DNA of 64,000 bases. It comes from Lineus longissimus. Lineage: Eukaryota. This document shows positions 61,701 through 64,000 of this stretch, piece by piece; within the stretch, counting starts at the first letter, position 1, and each line of letters starts with the position of its first letter. The stretch is taken from positions 1,426,001 through 1,490,000 of the forward strand of contig NC_088308.1 in assembly GCF_910592395.1 (NCBI RefSeq), read 5' to 3'. The position numbers were made by a program, and so were the translations under genes. The notes beneath the pieces were generated by a model, which worked only from the letters and a program-made list of their open reading frames with translations, was not told the DNA's origin and made no database searches.

Positions 61701-63348
61701 AACTGTACAGAGGCGGGGAAATGGACCACCAAGTACATTCGACAGGATTGACTAAGCAAGGAGTGAATGGGAAGACAACATCCATCATTTTTATCACGTG
61801 GTTAGTATTCAGTTTTGCATGCGATTTTCCAGCAAACCAATCCCAGATCAGGGTTGTCCTCATGAAATTTTCTCTGGACATGACCACAACCAGACTCACC
61901 TCATGGAAGTGGTTAACGCTGGAATTGCAGGAATTACATGCCGACCAGAAAGTAATGTGCACCCAGGGACTGACTTGATGGTGATAATCGACAGATGTGC
62001 CAGGGGTGAATATGAGGCCGCCATGAATTTTGAATCGGTCAATGACTCTCACAATAAGAGTGCACGGAAGCCATTTTCATCCCAAATGTCATCAACAGTC
62101 TTCAGCAAACTAATCACATGGATCAAAGGCATAATGAGAAACAGCCATTTTTTAGCCGAAAAGTATAACCACGACTATCATCCATCAAAAAAAGTACCCC
62201 ATAAGATACTAATTAATGAAGATAATTAGCTTTTCTGATAATCAGATCAGTACATGTTCCTGAGCTGCATAAATGTCATATAAAAACAGAAAGTTGAATA
62301 CTTTGACTGCAAGTCAAAATGCATAGGCCTGACGGAGTTCATTTGGAAATTTAACTATAATTATAATGTTATGAATACTTCCTGCTCAAAGCCAATACTA
62401 AGATACACAATACCTTTGGGTCTGTCTCAGGTTAATTAACCTCTACTTGCACTGGCCTTCTATGCTATCTGCTTACCAATTAATTAAACTACCTTAATAC
62501 CATTGCATGTCACATGCAAAGCTTATTAGTCCATGACAGGCAATATTGAAACTATAATTAACTATTCACTCCGCCTTAGAAAGTATGTAAGCTGCATGCT
62601 TAATACACAGACACAATTTGAGCTATCAACTATTTCTGCTGAGCCATAAATGTCACAAAGATGTCAGCATCACACAAAATAAAGTGATCAAATCACCCAT
62701 AATCTACCGCTGAGCGCTAGCTCCGAAAAGTCAATTGCGTATTCCTCTGGGCCACATCCAACATGGTATTTCTTCCCAAACGTCAACACCTAGTTTACAG
62801 ATCACCACATTTGCGTCACTTGATAGTTGGTGACGCAGACAATGAAACCAGGCAGGTCGATACCCTAAATCTGCCGAATTTGTAAGTCAAATTCCTGCCG
62901 AGCGCTTTATATCCGAGGGATTAGTTTTTCTAGGGGCATTGGTATGCGGGACGTGATCACCCAGTAAATGATTGGTATGCTATCCATAATTGGCGGTGGC
63001 ATCAGTTTGCTAGGATGATGGCGCGGTGGTATTTACCGCCGAGATCGATTATGATAGATTGTTGGAAGAATACTGATTTCGGGACTGATATCACACCACT
63101 CTGTTGACACTCTATGATTGGTTGAGGTAACGTTGTGATTTTCTTTGTGGACATGAAACGAAGAAGCATATCACTGGTTTGATGCCAACATCTTTGATCT
63201 AAACAACCAGCCAGCAATTTGTTCTCTCGTAAAACATGATGTTTTCCTACAGAGCTAGTAAAGTGTACGTACCACTATCATATCTGACGGTTCCAATACG
63301 AGGCACTCATTGGGACGACGGTTACTCGTGGCAGTGCGTTTGCCAAAG
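28765..63348 (-). CDS. RAPGEF2: Rap guanine nucleotide exchange factor 2/6 (PDZ-GEF); 5' end lies beyond the window
   Basis: In-phase exons: 63348-63273 ([16 protein letters not shown]), 48973-48812, 48317-48093, 47477-47373, 47143-46953, 46566-46347 (cNMP-binding), 46179-46015, 45664-45557 (REM), 45376-45173, 45008-44900 (PDZ), 39727-39478, 39207-38923, 38765-38658 (RA), 38439-38205, 37940-37841, 37556-37429, 37274-37191, 36994-36848 (RasGEF/CDC25), 36556-36307, 36101-35766, 35435-35256, 31314-31228, 29410-29183 (PPDY motif), 28793-28765 ending in the family's C-terminal EQVSAV*. Confidence 0.93.
34942..35029. repeat. Degenerate ~22-bp tandem repeat (gcacctctacctctatattaat)
   Basis: gcacctct recurs 5 times between 34942 and 35025. 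Confidence 0.75.
42367..42905. repeat. 47-bp minisatellite, ~11.5 copies, intronic
   Basis: Unit gtttctct(g/a)ttgtattgtaatgattgttaatatatgtgtgaatgtct, repeated near-perfectly. Confidence 0.97.
54339..54502. repeat. DIRS 3' inverted terminal repeat core (plus terminal extension 54297-54338)
   Basis: Exact reverse complement of 60890-61053, checked base by base. Confidence 0.95.
54553..54649. repeat. DIRS internal complementary region (ICR)
   Basis: 54553-54610 is the reverse complement of the left end (54297-54354), and 54608-54649 is the reverse complement of the right end (61031-61072). The two halves join at ATT (54608-54610), a pre-formed circle junction. Confidence 0.95.
55109..58006 (-). 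CDS. DIRS ORF3: tyrosine recombinase (YR domain ~56170-55109) with a long N-terminal extension overlapping pol
   Basis: [27 protein letters not shown], catalytic R (QRRSEL), [14 protein letters not shown] (HxxR) and TFSQHY (Tyr). First ATG at 58006; the frame is open from 58099. Confidence 0.93.
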   Translation of the reverse strand: MVSKRLPSPGHAPARGSPRFCPSSPNDIDSPPGITPRGPGQGRSPSVRGQLPPPEGGCHGGGRPLLPGLLQPHLLGSEEVGKMEIGHRPVQPEPVPQGTQFQDGNNKVSGNSGAARRLGRLHGLAGCVFSHPSPSRLSTFPSLLLRRQNLSVSGLAFRPGFRSAYFHNRRQGVRRPVSRLGLQAPLLLRRLAAALPIPSPSSQADSVLAQDGDPGRVDNKLRKIRARPVSGFCLRGSTFPYQRGPHVPTSGPGHQDPVSDSGFPSSRQRHSQTVPVPAGPAQFGGGPGSSRSPVYAPPPAPPTLELAPLLGPTRSSSSTPFHATGGRLEVLGDGDGAPPRGAAPSVTPPDVPLHGRLPLRMGGSPERGRPDHQGHVVRGGVSPFDQYSRNAGCHPSREGLFVPVTGSQGISVLRQLDCRRLYSETRGNEVRHSVSSDMGPPTILSSAGHPALPPSHPRQEEHPGGCSLQSRSLSPDRVDPPSGDCVPAGRDVGCADCGPFRHSPQQEIHPVLLPSPGRRGLGSRQPVGLLGRPQCLCIPANPSVAAGSEQSGLIARQALPDRPLLAEPSLVPGVAGAPDGPPPQIAGVGPPAISPDRPGLPSGPFFLQASRLETIGHFLRERGFSEDVIRKVAQPQRQSTLTSYDSKWLVFRDWCGEHGVSPIAPTLPNFLDFLNFLFTVRKFSVQGVKGYRSAIAVTLRLTGSWQPAWDDALSSLLRNMSLERPRSLHCVPKWDLSVVLRALMRFPFEPLHLADRKHLTFKTVFLVALATAQRRSELHALAFDKLAFNERGAVLEFVPGFIAKNQAPSTSRRPVLIPSLSRVVSRDLPDRTLCPVRALRFYVDKTKDPAVRLGRKRLFLSYREGFTREIAPATVARWLVATIRQTYSMTLQSPELRRLGSVTAHEIRAISTSWAEYRGVALNEVLEAATWSSHSTFSQHYMRDCSVMTDGMLSLGPIVAAQHVV
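55984..58398 (-). CDS. DIRS ORF2: reverse transcriptase, RNase H and Dam-like methyltransferase domain
   Basis: RT: VGGRL..F...[18 protein letters not shown] (57447-57436). RNase H: FTDAS..GWGA, INILE, SDN, N..ADALSR. MT: EW.L, DLFA, AYAFPP, LIAPCWP..AWF. Start site uncertain. Confidence 0.95.
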   Translation of the reverse strand: MRGTLLPPDRPPTRVPLHGPRAGDVSRSLDAPGVRRPLVGPRPRRAPPGLFVPEGRQKLRLQPAPPISATAPQVRAEVAGSPSAPSGHNSGRVAGAGVGDLSPSPRALIGDTPSDSVVGGRLRHFAAFWVGWCQKGSPVPDMLRHGVRLDFAHPPPTTSTPHPVLPPVDPARAEALRSEVNSLLQKEAVTVVEDHSSPGFYSHIFLVPKKSGKWRLVIDLSSLNRFLRVPSFRMETTRSVATAVQPDDWAVSMDLQDAYFHIPVHPDFQHFLRFYFEGKIYQFQALPFGLASAPLIFTTVVRAFAAPFHALGFKLHCYLDDWLLRCQSRPRLLKQTRFLLKTATQAGWITNLEKSELDPSQDFVFVGVRFRTREGLMSPPQDRVTKIRSLIRAFRRRDSATARQFLSLLGLLNSAADQVPLGRLYMRPLQLLLLSSWRPFSDPLDRAVALPSMLLEDVWRFWGTGTELLRGVQLRPLPPQMSLFTDASLFGWGAHLNEGDLTTKGTWSGEESRLSINILEMQAVILAVKAFSSRLRGHRVSLFSDNSTVVAYIRRQGGTRSDTLCRLTWDLLQFCRRLDIQLFPRHIPGKRNILADALSRADRLVQTEWTLHQEIVSRLAGMWDAPIVDLFATRLNKRFTLYYSPLPDDEALGVDSLSASWDGLNAYAFPPTPLLLPVLNKVASSRVRLCLIAPCWPNQAWFPVLLELLTDHPRRLPEWDRLLYHPIGRVYHQDPSFYRLHAWRLSGISSEREAFRRTLSEKSLSLRDSLPLHHTTVSGSSFETGAESTEFLRSLPLFPTSSIS
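58100..60607 (-). CDS. DIRS ORF1: gag-like protein
   Basis: Long Pro/Ser-rich ORF; a helical region [19 protein letters not shown] resembling the DIRS gag/LAP2alpha-like domain; RG-rich basic C-terminus. First ATG at 60607. Confidence 0.85.
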   Translation of the reverse strand: MLALPLLLASFLSLLGFPALLLGLLPFWVFRCPGAGVSGIISPRPGSSPARQSAPSDSATAVSSAAGTLPSASPAPRPSKKQKPTRRGPRKSGAASSKSPSAVSSQRGRGPQSSGAVSAPDSGARAGHPPFGGVPPGFSPRLSAGDPLIGAPPREIGSSPLSQGVEVSGTLDALRPDPLGVEHTPLEADLLIQELLRLPAVESLVTSKPPPGRVSSALPRRDPPAAALGRPPSSSGLDVPPAVSSVVTVSSDHTVTSDRSEATGRIPSGYEAWQAAHPNFRPLLRTSTASPWVTADSGVTPPVLPPPLVSHGGDLPPWGRGATMGHYVRSRDPRVCPDVGRVRPTISPVRPRPSLSGSAGLSSTPFVVSSPPPSLPAPGMSRQDPRPIAPGLTAQQRQVLQSLAAHLETKNLSDRAPQQQAGRPVAFELPQVPMEVDYQFDESQSSIGQAPQADCPSGTEDPTIVAGMRDLRALVRQFVPTEHCPLPPVNPALGRAPFDLFGDADEPDLAAVPDRALDELPPSPALIRASHWLDSTLRDTAPSCGGHQRSLVSTLPSTGPGAWTKAGKRFTATSPHSPSYRPEYYRVSPSGTDPVSLIPLRDDVQLAGLVVPKVLTSAPMRDAKNDEALAKETQSVLSYADLTLCALSRSLAADATDEQRILAMSLQQSLQHASDLAAKQAANAVLKRRDLLIEGLSVVRAQFLRGALRTAPLGGPFLFHDSLPDTLGAQRESDKSREGDPAPPRQAPHPRSSSWSAGRGRQPEFRRPRGASASRGPSASQGSSGSFRPRGQTEAAAPARPSNKRHRSSGQGGGGGQPKRPFRPQQRKGRGGRRR
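60890..61053. repeat. DIRS 5' inverted terminal repeat core (terminus extends to 61072)
   Basis: Exact reverse complement of 54339-54502. Confidence 0.95.
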
Positions 63349-64000
63349 CTGCAAAGAAATAGAAAAGACTTTTGTTTAAAATATGCCAAATTCATAAACT
63401 GAGAAGAACAGAACAATTTCATAAACCAAGGCTGCGAGTAGTTTCAGCTACAAAAGAAAGATCTGAGCCTGTGAAAACTACCTGAAAATGAAAATAAGAT
63501 TATTGCATTACAGCAAGACTAAAGAAAGGGCTGGCTTTGATACCATCATACAATGCAAGAACAGCTGATCGAAATGAAACCTCAAGTGCAGATGACAAGT
63601 CCAGATGACTTGCAAGAATTGAACAACCCTCACCTTTGTTCTGAATCAATTGGGTGAAGCAATTTTGTTGCAAAATTCCAATACAACAAACCGGCTCTGC
63701 AGATCAACGAGACCTTTCACCGTCTAGCTAACACTATAAACTATGCATGAAAGTGTTAGGTCTCGCAAATTTATTGTACGAGGTGCCATTCGTCACTGGG
63801 ATGGCGTTATTGACCATGCTCTTAAACCTCCAAGTAATGTTGTCTATTAGGAAACCCGGGAGCCTTGACAGTTATGTTGGGTGACGAAATGCTAGCAAGA
63901 AGGTACTAGAAGTCTTCAATGGACAGCCAAAATGCTCCAGAGGGTAGAGGAATTCTTACCAGCTTGGACTCCCAGCTTGATAGCGACTTGAAGCTGCCTG

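Noticed and set aside
61523..62229. Overlapping 135-151-aa ORFs on both strands next to the DIRS 5' end
   Set aside because: Outside the ITR, no domain similarity, and mutually overlapping; treated as chance.
63960..64000. Minus-strand donor CTG|gtaaga at the window edge, a possible upstream RAPGEF exon
   Set aside because: Truncated, and no translation matches the expected cNMP-domain sequence.

Overview
Eukaryotic, intron-rich animal DNA, probably a marine invertebrate (lophotrochozoan-like; the taxon is an inference). Left to right it contains: the first coding exon of a claudin/PMP22-superfamily gene (-); a complete 12-exon BMPER/crossveinless-2-like gene (-) that lacks the GDPH autocleavage motif and ends in a Lys-rich tail; a 4-exon secreted Ig-domain gene (-); an Mpv17-like gene (+); two convergent uncharacterised single-exon ORFs; and a large RAPGEF2/6 (PDZ-GEF) gene (-) running from 28765 past 63348. 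A 14-kb RAPGEF intron holds a full-length, apparently very young 6.8-kb DIRS1-type tyrosine-recombinase retrotransposon (54297-61072). It has identical 164-bp inverted terminal repeats, an internal complementary region and ATT termini, and encodes gag, RT-RNaseH-Dam-like MT and YR ORFs. The most notable signal is that gag and the YR ORF are in the same frame, separated by a single TGA-C stop inside a CUUG-loop hairpin, which suggests a readthrough Gag-YR fusion. Several minisatellites, MITE-like foldbacks and a 28-bp palindrome with a 7-bp target duplication are also present. All exon models were read by hand from GT/AG boundaries and reading-frame continuity; no database searches were run.
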